DNA of 62,643 nt, counting the filler, from Globobulimina sp. (taxonomy: Eukaryota), in assembly GCA_003354225.1 (NCBI GenBank). It is 23 parts of 23 records of this genome, joined end to end, with 100 filler letters (N's around TTAATTAATTAA, not from the genome) between each part and the next. Parts side by side here need not be neighbours in the genome. Positions count along the whole stretch, not along the records: positions 60,017 to 62,643 come from PIVH01005645.1; 22 more parts are not named here. One strand, given 5' to 3'. Position numbers and translations under genes: made by a program. Positions 62,345-62,643 of this stretch are shown here, one piece after another (positions within the stretch are counted from its first letter, which is position 1; every line of letters starts with the position of its first letter). The notes beneath the pieces were generated by a model. It searched no databases and was not told where the DNA came from. It saw nothing but the letters and a program-made list of their open reading frames with translations.

Positions 62345-62425
62345 CATTTGATTTCTTCTTTTGACCCAAAACCTTTTAAAGTGATCTAGTAACAAAATAA
62401 CTTTTAAATTAACCAGTATTACACA

Positions 62426-62643
62426 ATGCACACAGAAACAAGCTCTCTTGTTGCTACATCTAAAAAGTCATTGACACCAAATGGAACTGGAACACAGAGG
62501 TCATTTATCCTTGCAACATCCGTCCGTCATGAGATGATACTCCTTTTACAACGATGCATCTTGATATCGATACAAATGATAGCTTATTTTGGGACAGCCA
62601 CAGTGTCCATTGTTATGGTTGGCCAATTACCGGACAGCACTAA
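62426..62643 (+). CDS. Probable MATE-family transporter, 5' end
   Basis: ATG frame open to the window end: EMILLLQRCILISIQMIAYFGTATVSIVMVGQL resembles MATE TM1. Confidence 0.55.
   Translation, partial: MHTETSSLVATSKKSLTPNGTGTQRSFILATSVRHEMILLLQRCILISIQMIAYFGTATVSIVMVGQLPDST

Noticed and set aside
1-62643. Operon or defence island linking Rel-SAM, RT, GTPase and the Hsp70 fusion
   Set aside because: These lie on different contigs ordered only by length

Overview
The window is not one locus. It is 23 unrelated short contigs (about 2,627-2,629 bp, in decreasing length order) joined by an artificial 100-bp N/TTAATTAATTAA/N spacer, so adjacency across spacers means nothing. The DNA is an AT-rich eukaryotic nuclear genome with the standard code, short GT-AG introns (about 55-105 nt) and very compact gene spacing. 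The gene families look like a foraminiferan/rhizarian protist, which is an inference. Recognisable genes: PP2C, AP-4 epsilon, UPF2, a divergent actin, CFAP99, BLOC1S2, DMAP1/Swc4, 3-hydroxybutyryl-CoA dehydrogenase, Vps34, a URC1-URC4 fusion, a TMEM135-like gene, a CAMK/CDPK-like kinase, a VPS13-like gene, an AIG1-like GTPase, an amidohydrolase, an S10 carboxypeptidase and a MATE fragment. There is also a non-LTR retrotransposon, several MITE-like inverted repeats, satellites, a tRNA-like element and several pseudogenes. The most interesting items are: (1) a RelA/SpoT-type synthetase domain fused to a SAM domain that recurs on another contig; (2) a degenerate Hsp70 fused in frame to an unrelated large domain; (3) a divergent truncated-globin-like protein ending in a CaaX motif, flanked by a hairpin-rich direct repeat. 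All family calls come from motif recognition by eye; no database search was run.
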